DNA from: Planctomycetota bacterium
Lineage (GTDB): Bacteria > Planctomycetota > B15-G4 > SIAN01
Direction: 5' to 3'
Assembly: GCA_031409275.1 (NCBI GenBank)
Contig: JANNXA010000022.1
Location: 140,058 to 204,057 of the forward strand
DNA length: 64,000 nt
The translations under genes were made by a program, and so were the position numbers. The notes below the pieces were generated by a model. That model did not search any database, had not been told where the DNA came from, and saw nothing but the letters and a program-made list of their open reading frames with translations. Positions 27,269 to 36,576 of this stretch are shown in pieces (within the stretch, counting starts at the first letter, position 1; the number at the start of each line of letters is the position of its first letter).

Positions 27269-28566
27269 CGCCGCGGAGCCGCGCAGCCTCCGGCCGAGCA
27301 GCCCCCACCCTCCGCGGTCGCGGACATCGGCGCGGCGCTCGAGCGATTCCATGGCATGCGCGCCAACAGCAGCCCCATCCCGCACCAGTCGGTGATTCCG
27401 GCGAAGAGGAGGCCACCGCCGACGAACGCGGCGAGACCGACGAATGCCGGATGGAGCAGCAGCGCCAACACGGAGGAGAGCAGGACGAGGCTGCCGGCGA
27501 CGATTCGCACCTGCCGTTCGAGCGAGAGGCGCGCCCGCCCCTTCACGGTGTCAACGCCCGCGGCGCGCAGCGCTTCGAGCCCTCCTTCGACGACCGTCGT
27601 TCCGCCGACGCCGAGCGCCAAGAGCCGCTCCTGCGCCTGCGCTGCGCGAGCGCCGGTTCGGCAGAGCAGCAGGCGTGGCGCTGCCACTTTGCGGATCTCG
27701 TCGATTCGCCCTTCGAGTTGATCGAGCGCTACCAGGCGCGATCCGTCGACATGCTCCGTCTCGAATTCGGCTCCGCTGCGCACATCGATCACGCTGTGGG
27801 CGCTGCCGTTGGCGATGCGTGCCACGAGTTCGGCTGCCGGAAGCGAGGCGGCGATGGGCGCGCCGTCGCGATTCAGCGCCAGCAGCAGCTCCATGTTCGC
27901 GGGACGCGGCGGCCCCGGCCCCGCCAGCGCCTTCGCGAAGGCGTCGCGGTCGGCGTGGGCCAGCCAAGGATTGTCGCGCCTCTGTCCACCCAGGGTGCTC
28001 TCGATCCGGCCGTGGTAGTCGTGGCCGGGAAACAGGCGGGTGGTGTCGGGCAGTTCGCGCAGCAACCGCTGCAACGTGTCGAACAGGACGCGTGCGTCGC
28101 CCCCGAGGAAGTCGGCGCGCGCGATGGTGTCGATCAGCAACGTGTCGCCGGCGAAGAGCGCGTCGCCAATCACCAGCACGAGATGATCTTGCGTATGACC
28201 GGGCGCGTGGAGCACCCGCACGCGCTGCTCACCCAGCGGCAGTTCCTCACCGTCGGCCGGCATGCGCGTCACTCCGCGATGAGCCGCCAGCGGATGGGCA
28301 ACGCGGGTCGCTTGCAGTCGGATCGCGAGGGAGGCCGATCCGGAGGGGTGATCGGCGTGGGTGTGGGTGTCGACGACGAAATCGACCGTGAGCTGGTCGC
28401 GGTTCACTCGATCGACGATCGCATCGACGAGATCGAGATGCGGGTCGACCACGAGCGCGCGTCGGGAAGGCGCGTCCGCGACGAGCCAGCTGCGGCACCC
28501 TTGCGGGTGGAGGAACGGGACGACGACGAGGTGGCTCGCGGAACGGGTGGGCGCATCGAGTTTCAT
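27265..28566 (-). CDS. MBL-fold hydrolase (persulfide dioxygenase-like) - rhodanese - DUF2892/YgaP-like membrane tail fusion
   Basis: Start MKLDAPT (ATG 28566). Metallo-beta-lactamase motif VDTHTHADHPSG plus HAPGHTQDH and PGHDY. A rhodanese-like segment (VIDVRSGAEFETEHVDGSRLVAL...LLLCRTGARAAQA) with the active-site Cys in CRTG. Hydrophobic C-terminus ending GITDWCGMGLLLARM. Confidence 0.8.
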   Translation of the reverse strand: MKLDAPTRSASHLVVVPFLHPQGCRSWLVADAPSRRALVVDPHLDLVDAIVDRVNRDQLTVDFVVDTHTHADHPSGSASLAIRLQATRVAHPLAAHRGVTRMPADGEELPLGEQRVRVLHAPGHTQDHLVLVIGDALFAGDTLLIDTIARADFLGGDARVLFDTLQRLLRELPDTTRLFPGHDYHGRIESTLGGQRRDNPWLAHADRDAFAKALAGPGPPRPANMELLLALNRDGAPIAASLPAAELVARIANGSAHSVIDVRSGAEFETEHVDGSRLVALDQLEGRIDEIRKVAAPRLLLCRTGARAAQAQERLLALGVGGTTVVEGGLEALRAAGVDTVKGRARLSLERQVRIVAGSLVLLSSVLALLLHPAFVGLAAFVGGGLLFAGITDWCGMGLLLARMPWNRSSAAPMSATAEGGGCSAGGCAAPRR

Positions 28567-28678
28567 GACGGGCTCCTGCGGGTGGACGAGTCGCTCTTCC
28601 GGCAGGAGAGAGGCACGTTCCACGCCAGCGTTCCCGCGGAGGAGCGCGACGCCACCCGCACGCGCGGGCGGCGCGCCG

Positions 28679-29494
28679 CTAGGAGGTGGACGCTCCTTCA
28701 CGCAGTTCGCGTGCGAGCCAGTCGCGCAGCGGCTGGGGGAGTTTTCCTTCGCCAAGCTCGCGGCACAGCTCCTGCCCCCAGTCGAGCGAGGCGAAGACCG
28801 TCGCGCACCGCTCGCAGACGAGCCCACGCGGGAACTCGAAGGCGACCCCGCGATCGAGTGCCTCCTGCTTGGCGCGCAGCAAGTCGAGGCAGAGCTGGCG
28901 CTCGTATCGCGGCGGTGCCACCGCCTCCCGTGGCAGCACCGCCTCGAGTGCCGCGCGCAGCCGCAATCGGGCGCGATGGACGCGCGTGCGGACCGTGGCG
29001 GGCTCGATCCCGAGCAGCGCCGCCACCTCGCTCACCTCGAGTCCGACGATCTCGCGCAGCACCAACGGCAGCCGGAAATCGAGCGGCAACTCCGCGATGG
29101 CCGCCTCGAGTTGCTGCTTCGCTTCGCGGCGGACGGCCGCGGCGACCGGAGTCGAGTCGTCGGGAACCGTTCCGAGCAGCGGTGCCGCGAACAGCGCCTC
29201 CGGATCGAGCGGCGCGAGTTCCGTCGGAGCCCCGGCGCGCGGGCGGTGCATGCGCTGGCAGGCGCGAGCGGCGATCGACCAGAGCCACGTCGCCGGCGAT
29301 GAGCGCCCTTCGAAGCGATCCCACGCGCGCCACGCCTGCAGGAAGGTCTCCTGCACCAGCTCACGCGCCTGCTCGTCATCGCCGCAGAAGCGCCGACCGA
29401 GTGCGTAGAGGCGGCTGCCCTGCTCGTCGACCAGTCGCGGCAGCGCTTGCGCGCGCGGGTCGCCTGCGCGAACGGGTGGCGACGTCTCGCTCAA
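28679..29494 (-). CDS. ECF (sigma-70 family) sigma factor with C-terminal Cys-rich extension (CorE/ECF44-like)
   Basis: Region 2 (LYALGRRFCGDDEQARELVQETFLQAWRAWDRF) and region 4 HTH (LPLDFRLPLVLREIVGLEVSEVAALLGIEPATVRTRVHRARLRLRAALE). This is followed by an about 75-aa tail with four Cys (C-x17-C-x2-C-x15-C). Start uncertain: TTG 29494 gives a TTGA overlap with the carboxypeptidase stop. Confidence 0.75.
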   Translation of the reverse strand: MSETSPPVRAGDPRAQALPRLVDEQGSRLYALGRRFCGDDEQARELVQETFLQAWRAWDRFEGRSSPATWLWSIAARACQRMHRPRAGAPTELAPLDPEALFAAPLLGTVPDDSTPVAAAVRREAKQQLEAAIAELPLDFRLPLVLREIVGLEVSEVAALLGIEPATVRTRVHRARLRLRAALEAVLPREAVAPPRYERQLCLDLLRAKQEALDRGVAFEFPRGLVCERCATVFASLDWGQELCRELGEGKLPQPLRDWLARELREGASTS

Positions 29495-31107
29495 GAGCCG
29501 AGGTGATCGATGCGCAGCACGGCGAAGCGCGTCGCGTCGTCCGCGCTCGCGCCAAGCAGCCCCCACGTGGCGAGCCCATCGTCGGAGCGCGCGTCGAGCA
29601 GCAGCAGCGCCAGTCGCGCGAGCCGCTGCTTCGAGGGCACGAAGAGCGTCCCCGCGGGCAGCTCGCCCTGCCACGCTCCGTCGCTGCCGCCCCACTCGAT
29701 GAGTCGATGACCCTGGAATGGCCGTTCCGATTCGCGGCGATCCCGGATCACCATGGCGGTTCCGCGGGCCGGAGCCGCCGCCGCGAAGCGCTCGACCACG
29801 AGGCCGTGGCGGCGCAGCAGCTCTTCGAGCTCCGCGCTCGCACCCGGAATCGCGAAACCGGCGAGAGGCAGCGCGAGCGGCTCCAACCCCCCGAAGCTCA
29901 CCTGCGCCGGAAGCACCACTTCACGCACGACACCGGTGTCGATGACCCGTTCGAGTCCCGTCACGGCGTCGGGCTCGCTGCGGCACTCACCGACCAGCAC
30001 GCGGTCGTTCGCGCGCGTCACGGTCAGCTTGCCGCGTCGGGGCACGGCCGCGCCGCCCGCCCGCTCGATCCCGTCGGCGTCGGCGTCACGGCGAAGCTGC
30101 GCGATGGTGTCGGCACGCGCTGCGGAAAAGCGCAGCGCCGCCCGCACGAAGGCGCCAGTCACCTGCACGCGCCGCTCGAAGGTCTCGTGGCTGTAGGCCT
30201 CCGAAAGGAGCGTGAGGCGGTTGCAGAGGCCGAAGTAGTTGATGCCGTAGCGCCCGCGGTGGTCGAAGGTCGCCCAGCCGAGTTCGGGCTGCTTGGAATC
30301 GACGAAGTCGCCGTAGTCGTAGGTGGCGAATCCGGCGCCCGCCATCGTCGCGCGCAAGGCCGGCAACAGCGTTCCTTGCGCGAACGCCAGCATCTTCGGT
30401 TCGGTCGCCGGATGGAGCGGCGGGGCATAGGTGAGGTCGTAGCCGTGGAAGCTGCCATCGGTCGTGTGCAGATCCATCACCAGCGCGGCGTCGAGCGCGT
30501 TCACCGCAGCGATCAGCCCGCGCGTCTCGGGCGCTTCGAGCTTGATGAAGTCGCGGTTCAGGTCGAGCTGCTGTCCGTTGGCGCGTTGACCGACGCCTTC
30601 GACCGGCCCGTTCTGGTCGGGGCGATTCTTGCGATCGATGGCGTCGTTGCCGTCGGGGTTGTAGTTCGGCACGAACGCGATCACCAGGCGCGTCAGGAGC
30701 TCGGTGTGCTGGCCCGCCGCGAACTCGCGCAGGAGCTCCTGCACCGCCTCTTTGCCCTCGACCTCGCCCGCGTGGATGTTGGCGCAGACCAGCACGGCGA
30801 GCTTGCCGCTCGCGCGCGCGATGGCCAACGTCGGGCAGGGCGGCTCGGCCACGAGCACCAGCGGCACCGCGCGCCCTTGCGTCGATGTCGCGATCTCGAG
30901 GCGCACGAGGCGTGGCGAGGCGGCGACGCAGGTCGCCACGAACCGCTCGACCTCCTCGCTCGTCGAGGTGCGCGTGAAGCCGGACGCCTCGGCCACGGTG
31001 CGTGGTAGTGCGGGTGGCGGTCCCGGCGACGCGTCCTGCTGCGATGCGCGCGCGAGCGACGCGGACAGGAGGAGAGCGAGCGGGGCCAGCAGCCGGCGCG
31101 GGCTCAT
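29491..31107 (-). CDS. M14-family zinc metallocarboxypeptidase with signal peptide
   Basis: Signal MSPRRLLAPLALLLSASLARA. Zn-binding HxxE in CANIHAGEVEG, NPDG, and the downstream H in LHTTDGSFHGYD. Confidence 0.8.
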   Translation of the reverse strand: MSPRRLLAPLALLLSASLARASQQDASPGPPPALPRTVAEASGFTRTSTSEEVERFVATCVAASPRLVRLEIATSTQGRAVPLVLVAEPPCPTLAIARASGKLAVLVCANIHAGEVEGKEAVQELLREFAAGQHTELLTRLVIAFVPNYNPDGNDAIDRKNRPDQNGPVEGVGQRANGQQLDLNRDFIKLEAPETRGLIAAVNALDAALVMDLHTTDGSFHGYDLTYAPPLHPATEPKMLAFAQGTLLPALRATMAGAGFATYDYGDFVDSKQPELGWATFDHRGRYGINYFGLCNRLTLLSEAYSHETFERRVQVTGAFVRAALRFSAARADTIAQLRRDADADGIERAGGAAVPRRGKLTVTRANDRVLVGECRSEPDAVTGLERVIDTGVVREVVLPAQVSFGGLEPLALPLAGFAIPGASAELEELLRRHGLVVERFAAAAPARGTAMVIRDRRESERPFQGHRLIEWGGSDGAWQGELPAGTLFVPSKQRLARLALLLLDARSDDGLATWGLLGASADDATRFAVLRIDHLGS

Positions 31108-31958
31108 GCGCGGCTCGCGAAGAGCAGCGTGCGCAGGCCGTTGCGTTCCTGGCGGACGTGGTCGATCTCGATGCGGGGGAACCCGGCCAAGGTGAGCGCC
31201 TCCTTCAGTCCATCGAGCGGGAGCCAGCGCGCGAAGTCGAGCGTTCCGGCGAAGGGGTTGTCGGGCTGGTCCTCGCGGAAGCGTCGGAACGCGAAGCGGC
31301 GTCCCCCCGCCTCGTAGCTCTCGGTGGCCTGCTCAGGCGCGGCGATCGAGGTGTCGAGCATCATTCCATCGCGCACCAGCTCACCGAGCGCCAGCAGATG
31401 GGCGACCGGATCACGCAGGTGGTAGAGCACTCCGACGTGATGGGCGACGTCGACCTGCAACTCTGGCGGCGGCGTCGCGCGGCTCTCGACGTCCCATGGG
31501 AAGACGGTCGGGTGGACGCCGAAGAAGGCGCAGCGCACGATCGTCTTCACCACGTTCTCGACGCGCGCATCGATGGCGGTGACGGCTTTCGCGCGCTGGC
31601 ACAAGGCGATGGTGTGAATCCCCTCGAAGCAACCGATCTCGAGCACTCGCTTGTCGGCGAGGTGGAAGCGCGCGTCGAACTGCACGATGCGCGGATCGGG
31701 AATCGGCTGCGGCGACTCGCGTTTGCCCTCTTTCGCCGGGCAGCCGAAGCGGCGTCCGTGGCCATCCGCGGTGAAGCAGTTCCAATCGAGCAGCGTGTTC
31801 AGCCGGTCGAGTTCGCCGTCGGAGAGGCGATCGACGAGCGGCGCGGCCACGCGCCCCTCGGTGAAGCCGCTGCGCGGGAAGCTGGCGCGAAACCTCGCCT
31901 TGGCGGCCGCGCGCGCGGCGCTGCGGTCGAATCGTTCGAGCAACCAGCGGGCAAGCAT
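31104..31958 (-). CDS. class I SAM-dependent methyltransferase
   Basis: Start MLARWLLERF (ATG 31958, GGAGG upstream). Motif I-like VLEIGCFEGIHTIAL and acidic motif II TAIDAR. Its stop overlaps the carboxypeptidase start (ATGA). Confidence 0.7.
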   Translation of the reverse strand: MLARWLLERFDRSAARAAAKARFRASFPRSGFTEGRVAAPLVDRLSDGELDRLNTLLDWNCFTADGHGRRFGCPAKEGKRESPQPIPDPRIVQFDARFHLADKRVLEIGCFEGIHTIALCQRAKAVTAIDARVENVVKTIVRCAFFGVHPTVFPWDVESRATPPPELQVDVAHHVGVLYHLRDPVAHLLALGELVRDGMMLDTSIAAPEQATESYEAGGRRFAFRRFREDQPDNPFAGTLDFARWLPLDGLKEALTLAGFPRIEIDHVRQERNGLRTLLFASRA

Positions 31959-31972
31959 CGAGGGCCTCCGGA

Positions 31973-33166
31973 TCAGCGGCGTCGCAGCGCCTCGGTCGGC
32001 GCCAGGCGCGCCGCGCGCCAGGCCGGCACGGCGCCGCCGAGCAGCCCGAGCGCGAGTGCGAAGGTGATGGCACCGCCAAGCACCGGCAGCGTGACGCGGA
32101 AGGCAAACGCGACTTCGGTGAAGGTCGCGAAGTTGGTGGTGCCGGTCTCGATGCCGTTGATCGGAAGCGCCAGCAGGCACCCGACCGCTCCGCCGATCAG
32201 GCCGAGCACCAGCGCCTCGAACAGGAAGGAGAGGAAGATCGGGAAGGGCCGGAAACCCAGCGACAGGAGGATTCCGATCTCGTGCGTTCGGCTGGCCACC
32301 GCCGACAGCATGGTGTTGGTGGCGGTGAAGGTGGCGGCGAGCCCCATGATCACCGACAGCCCGATGCTGAGCGCGAGCAGCGTGGTCGCGAGCGCGCCGG
32401 TCATCGACTCGAGGTACGCGCGCTCGGTGAAGACCTTCACCTTCAGGTCCTGGTAGGTCGACCCGTCGGCGAGCATCGCGGCGAATGCGTCGTATTCGTC
32501 GCCGACGATCTCGGGATTGAGCTTCGCCACCACGCGATTGGCCACCGGTCGCTGCAGCGCGACGAGCATGCGCTCGAAGTCGCCCCAGATCTCCGACTCG
32601 AAGGGGCCGTCGCATTCGAAGATGCCGACCACGCGAAACGGCGTCGTGTTGAGCTGGACCACGTCGCCGAGCCGGCAGTTCTCGATGCGATCGACGAGCT
32701 TGCGCCCCACCACGACCTCGTCGGCGCCGAACTGCAGCGCGCGCCCCTCGGTGAAACGGAACGAGTCCCCGCGAATCGCGAGGCTCGCCGCCTGCACTCC
32801 GCGGATCGGGACGTTGGTCTCGCCGCTGCCGTCCGCCTTGTTGCGTCGGACGGCGAGGTAGCACTCCATCGCCGCGAGTGGCGCGCCTTCCGGGCCGCCC
32901 GACTTCGCGATCTGCGGAAGGGTCTTGATCAGCCGATCACACGTTTCGCGCGTGATCCCGCTTTCGCCTTCGCTGGTCGCCCCCTGGCGCAGGAAGACGG
33001 CGACATCGTCACGGCCGTTCTGGACGAACAGCGAAGTGAAGCCGGCTCGCAACGCCAGCACTCCGGCCAGCACGGCGACCGTCGCCCCGATGCCAAGCAC
33101 GGTCAGCAGGGTCGCGCTGCGGCGGACGAAGAGGCTGCGCAGGGTGTAGGAGAGTGGTACGAGCAT
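31973..33166 (-). CDS. ABC transporter permease, FtsX/MacB-type (LolC/E-like)
   Basis: N-terminal TM, large periplasmic domain, then three C-terminal TM helices (FtsX topology). The C-terminus ends GGAVPAWRAARLAPTEALR. Confidence 0.85.
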   Translation of the reverse strand: MLVPLSYTLRSLFVRRSATLLTVLGIGATVAVLAGVLALRAGFTSLFVQNGRDDVAVFLRQGATSEGESGITRETCDRLIKTLPQIAKSGGPEGAPLAAMECYLAVRRNKADGSGETNVPIRGVQAASLAIRGDSFRFTEGRALQFGADEVVVGRKLVDRIENCRLGDVVQLNTTPFRVVGIFECDGPFESEIWGDFERMLVALQRPVANRVVAKLNPEIVGDEYDAFAAMLADGSTYQDLKVKVFTERAYLESMTGALATTLLALSIGLSVIMGLAATFTATNTMLSAVASRTHEIGILLSLGFRPFPIFLSFLFEALVLGLIGGAVGCLLALPINGIETGTTNFATFTEVAFAFRVTLPVLGGAITFALALGLLGGAVPAWRAARLAPTEALRRR

Positions 33167-33169
33167 CGG

Positions 33170-34336
33170 TCACTCCACCGATCGCAGCGCTTCGACCACG
33201 CGAAGCGCGCGTGCGCGAAGCGCCGGCATGACGCCGGCGACGAGGCCGATGGCGAGCGTGAGCCCGGTGGCCAGCAGCAGCGTCTCCGACGTCACCTCGT
33301 AGCCGGGGAACATGCTGCCGAGCGCGGCGCGCAGTCCCGGCTCGCTCAACTTCGCCAGCGCGATGCCGCCGAAGCCGCCGATCCCGCAGAGCAGCAGCGA
33401 CTGGGTCAGCATCATCCCGGCGACGCTGCCGTCGGTGAAACCGACCGCCTTCAGGATGCCGGCGTCGTGCAACTGTTCGCGGAAGGCCATCAGCATCGTG
33501 TTGATGCAGGCGAGCACGATCGCGATCAGGACGCCCCCGCCGATCGCCGAGACGAAGAAGGGTACGTTGCCGACCATCGAGACGAACTGCGCCTGGAACT
33601 CCGCCTCGGTGCTGCAACTGACGCGCTGCGGCCCGTTCTCGAACAGCTGCTCGACCGATGCCGCGATCGCGACCTGGTCGGCATCGGGGGCGGTGCGCAG
33701 GAAGTAGGTGCCGGTGCCGGGCGCTTCGCCGAACGACGCCTTCACCGTCTCTTCGAAGTAGTTCCAGTGGAAGAACATCGTGTTGCCGTCGACGGCGCTC
33801 GAGGTGGGCTCGTAGATCGCCCGGACGGTGAACTCCCACGCGCCGCCGTCGGGGGCCGGGAAGATCGTCGCCAGCAACGGCACTGTCTGGCCGACCTTCC
33901 AGTCGAACTGCTTCGCGAGCGAGCGGCCGACCAGGCAGCCGCGTCGATCGGCGGCGACGTCGGCCCAACTGCCCTCGACCAGCGACACTTCCGGATACAG
34001 GTCGTTGAGCTGGTCCATGTCGACGGCGAACTGCGCGAAGAAGGCGTCCTCGTCGCCGTAGCGGCCGCCGAACCACTGCCATTTGCAGAGGGTCTGGACC
34101 CCTTCGACAGCGGCGATCTTCGCCTGGTAGCTCTGCGGCAGGTCGACGAAGAGGCTCACGGCGGATTGCACGACGAGGCGATCGCGCTTGGCACCGCGCA
34201 CGCCGGCGTCGAGCGCGACGACCAGCGAGCGCAGCATGCAGAGCAGGAACAGCGCCACCACCAGCGAAGCGATGGTGAGACCCGAGCGAACCTTGTGCTT
34301 GCCGAGGTAACGGCGAACCAGGCGGAAGGAACTCAT
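33170..34336 (-). CDS. ABC transporter permease, FtsX/MacB-type (second paralog)
   Basis: Same FtsX topology. The C-terminus ends MPALRARALRVVEALRSVE. Confidence 0.85.
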   Translation of the reverse strand: MSSFRLVRRYLGKHKVRSGLTIASLVVALFLLCMLRSLVVALDAGVRGAKRDRLVVQSAVSLFVDLPQSYQAKIAAVEGVQTLCKWQWFGGRYGDEDAFFAQFAVDMDQLNDLYPEVSLVEGSWADVAADRRGCLVGRSLAKQFDWKVGQTVPLLATIFPAPDGGAWEFTVRAIYEPTSSAVDGNTMFFHWNYFEETVKASFGEAPGTGTYFLRTAPDADQVAIAASVEQLFENGPQRVSCSTEAEFQAQFVSMVGNVPFFVSAIGGGVLIAIVLACINTMLMAFREQLHDAGILKAVGFTDGSVAGMMLTQSLLLCGIGGFGGIALAKLSEPGLRAALGSMFPGYEVTSETLLLATGLTLAIGLVAGVMPALRARALRVVEALRSVE

Positions 34337-34340
34337 GCGC

Positions 34341-35051
34341 TCAGGCCCGACCGGCGACGACGGGGTTGGTCTCGATCCGGCCGAGCTGCCCCTTGTCGAG
34401 GTGGACGATCATGCTGGCGCGCGCCGCTGCGAACGGGTCGTGCGTCACCATCAGGATGGTCTTCTTGAACTCCTGGTTCAGGCGCACCAGAAGGTCGAGC
34501 ACGTCGCCGGCCGACTTGCGGTCGAGATCGCCGGTGGGCTCATCGGCGAGGATCACTTTCGGGTCGCTGGCGATCGCGCGCGCGATGGCGACGCGCTGCT
34601 CCTGACCACCCGAGAGTTGTTGCGGACGATGCTCTTCGCGGCCCTCGAGCCCGACCAGTTTCAGCGCGAAGCGCGCGTGGTCGCGCCGCTCCTTCTTGGA
34701 GAGGGGCGTCAGCGTGAGCGGCAGTTCGACGTTCTCCTGCGCGGTCAGCACCGGGATCAGGTTGAAGCCCTGGAAGACGAAGCCGACGTTGGCCGCGCGC
34801 CACCGCGCGAGTTCGCCGGAGGAGAGCTCGGAGAGGTTCGAGCCTGCCACGACGAGCTGTCCGTCGTCGGCCTGGTCGAGCCCGCCAATCAAGTTGAGCA
34901 GCGTCGTCTTGCCCGAACCCGACGGCCCCATCAGCGCATAGAAGCGCCCCTCGTCCATCGTCAGGTCGAGTCCGTCGAGCACGGTCAGCGTCTCGCCGCC
35001 GCGCTGGTAGCGCTTGAAGACTCCGCGCGCCGAGATCATCGGATTGCTCAT
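34341..35051 (-). CDS. ABC transporter ATP-binding protein (MacB/LolD-type)
   Basis: Walker A GPSGSGKTT, signature LSGGQEQRVAIARA, Walker B ILADEPTGDLD, H-loop THD. Confidence 0.9.
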   Translation of the reverse strand: MSNPMISARGVFKRYQRGGETLTVLDGLDLTMDEGRFYALMGPSGSGKTTLLNLIGGLDQADDGQLVVAGSNLSELSSGELARWRAANVGFVFQGFNLIPVLTAQENVELPLTLTPLSKKERRDHARFALKLVGLEGREEHRPQQLSGGQEQRVAIARAIASDPKVILADEPTGDLDRKSAGDVLDLLVRLNQEFKKTILMVTHDPFAAARASMIVHLDKGQLGRIETNPVVAGRA

Positions 35052-36505
35052 GGCTGCTCCTTCGACTTCGCTTGCACCCGATCCCCGTCGGCGAGGTCCG
35101 CCGGCGGGTCGACCACCACGCGATCACGCGCGGCAAGTCCCTTGGTCACCAGTACGCGCCCGCCGCTCGGTTCCCCCGCGGCGACTTCCGTTCGCTGCAC
35201 TCGATCGCCGCGCACGACCCACACCACGAGCGCCGCGCCGTCGCGCTGCAGCGCTCGTTCCGGGACCAGCACGCCGACGATCGGTACGGCGCCTCCCGCG
35301 GCCGGGGCCGGCGCATCCTTCGTTCGAAACACGACGCGTGCCCCCATCTCGGGGCGCAGCTTCGCGTCGGGCGCGGCGAATCGCACGCGCACTTCGATCG
35401 TCGCCTTGCTTCGACTCGCGGTCGGCCAGATCCGGGTGACCTCGCCGTCGTATCCCTGCTCCGGCCACGCATCGAGGAAGATGCTGGCTGGCGCGCCGAC
35501 CGTGACGGCGTTGATGGTCCGCTCCGGCATCTCGACCTGCACTTCGAGCGACGCGAAGTCGACCATGGTCGCCACCGAGCCGCGGCTGTTGGCTCCCTGC
35601 GAGTTGGGTGAGACGACCTCGCCGACTTCGGCGTCCTTCAGCACGACCACGCCGTCGAAAGGGGCGCGCACTTCGGTCTTGTCGTAGGTTGCCTGCGCCT
35701 GGTCGCGCTGCGCGGAGGCGACCGCCACCCGCGTGAGCACCTCGGCCGCGAGCGACTCCTGCACGGCGACTTGCCGCTCTCCCTGCACGATCGCCGATTG
35801 CGCGGCGGCGAGCTGAGCGACGGCGGCACGCTCCGCGGCGGCGGCCCGCGCCGCCTCGGCGCGCGCATCATCGAGCCACTGCTGGCTCTCGATGTCGTCG
35901 GCCACCATCTTCTCGGCGCGAGCGAGCCGTTGTGCCGCCTGCGCGCTCGTGGCGCGCGCCTCATCTTGCTGCGCGGCGGTGGCGTCGCGAATGCGCTCGA
36001 GGCGCTCGATGTCGCTGCGAGCGGCGGCCAACTCCTGCTCGGCGCGGGTGACGGACGCCTTCGCGCTCGCAAGCTCGGCGGTGGCATGGGCGAGCGACGC
36101 GCGGTACTCGTCCGAGTAGAGACGGGCGACCACGAAGCCCTTCTTGACGACCATTCCTTCGGTCACGTTCATCTCGACGATGCGGCCCGGCGCATCGGCG
36201 GAGAGCGCGGCGCGTTTGCTGGCGACGACGTAGCCGTTGGCCGAGGTCCCGGCGACGGCGCTCGCGGCGAGCGGCGTCGGGGCGAGGGCCACGGCGATCT
36301 CGACTTCCGGCAGGCGCACGCGATCGACCCACTGGCGCAACCGCGGCCAGAACAACGCGATCCCGCCGACGAGCAGCAGCAGCCCGACGATCCTGGCGCC
36401 GGAGCCGCCGCGACGCGGTGGTCGGCCGGTTCCTGCTGCGCCCGCGTCCTGCTTTCGCTCGATCCGCAACGGACTGAGATCCACGACGCAAAACCCTCCG
36501 CCCAA
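35048..36505 (-). CDS. HlyD/MacA-family periplasmic adaptor (membrane fusion protein)
   Basis: N-terminal TM IVGLLLLVGGIALFW. A long Ala/Gln/Glu-rich coiled coil. C-terminal beta-barrel/MPD region (VRAPFDGVVVLKD..., ASIFLDAWPEQGYDGEVTRIWP). TTG 36505 or GTG 36484 are the start candidates. Confidence 0.75.
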   Translation of the reverse strand: MGGGFCVVDLSPLRIERKQDAGAAGTGRPPRRGGSGARIVGLLLLVGGIALFWPRLRQWVDRVRLPEVEIAVALAPTPLAASAVAGTSANGYVVASKRAALSADAPGRIVEMNVTEGMVVKKGFVVARLYSDEYRASLAHATAELASAKASVTRAEQELAAARSDIERLERIRDATAAQQDEARATSAQAAQRLARAEKMVADDIESQQWLDDARAEAARAAAAERAAVAQLAAAQSAIVQGERQVAVQESLAAEVLTRVAVASAQRDQAQATYDKTEVRAPFDGVVVLKDAEVGEVVSPNSQGANSRGSVATMVDFASLEVQVEMPERTINAVTVGAPASIFLDAWPEQGYDGEVTRIWPTASRSKATIEVRVRFAAPDAKLRPEMGARVVFRTKDAPAPAAGGAVPIVGVLVPERALQRDGAALVVWVVRGDRVQRTEVAAGEPSGGRVLVTKGLAARDRVVVDPPADLADGDRVQAKSKEQP

Positions 36506-36576
36506 GACGAGCGGCGCACGTTAGCAGCCGGCTCAAGAAGTCGACTCGCGCGGGCCGCGTCGCGAACCGCTGCCGC

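Noticed and set aside
28679-29695. Longer 338-aa version of the ECF sigma ORF starting at ATG 29695
   Set aside because: The extra 67 N-terminal codons are Arg/Ala-rich and would overlap the carboxypeptidase gene by about 200 nt. Sigma region 2 begins shortly after the TTG at 29494, which also gives the recurrent TTGA coupling overlap.
27451-31008. 1185-aa plus-strand ORF spanning the MBL, sigma and carboxypeptidase genes on the opposite strand
   Set aside because: Arg/Ala/Gly-rich with no recognisable motifs. It spans three well-supported minus-strand genes, so it is a stop-codon-poor antisense frame artefact.
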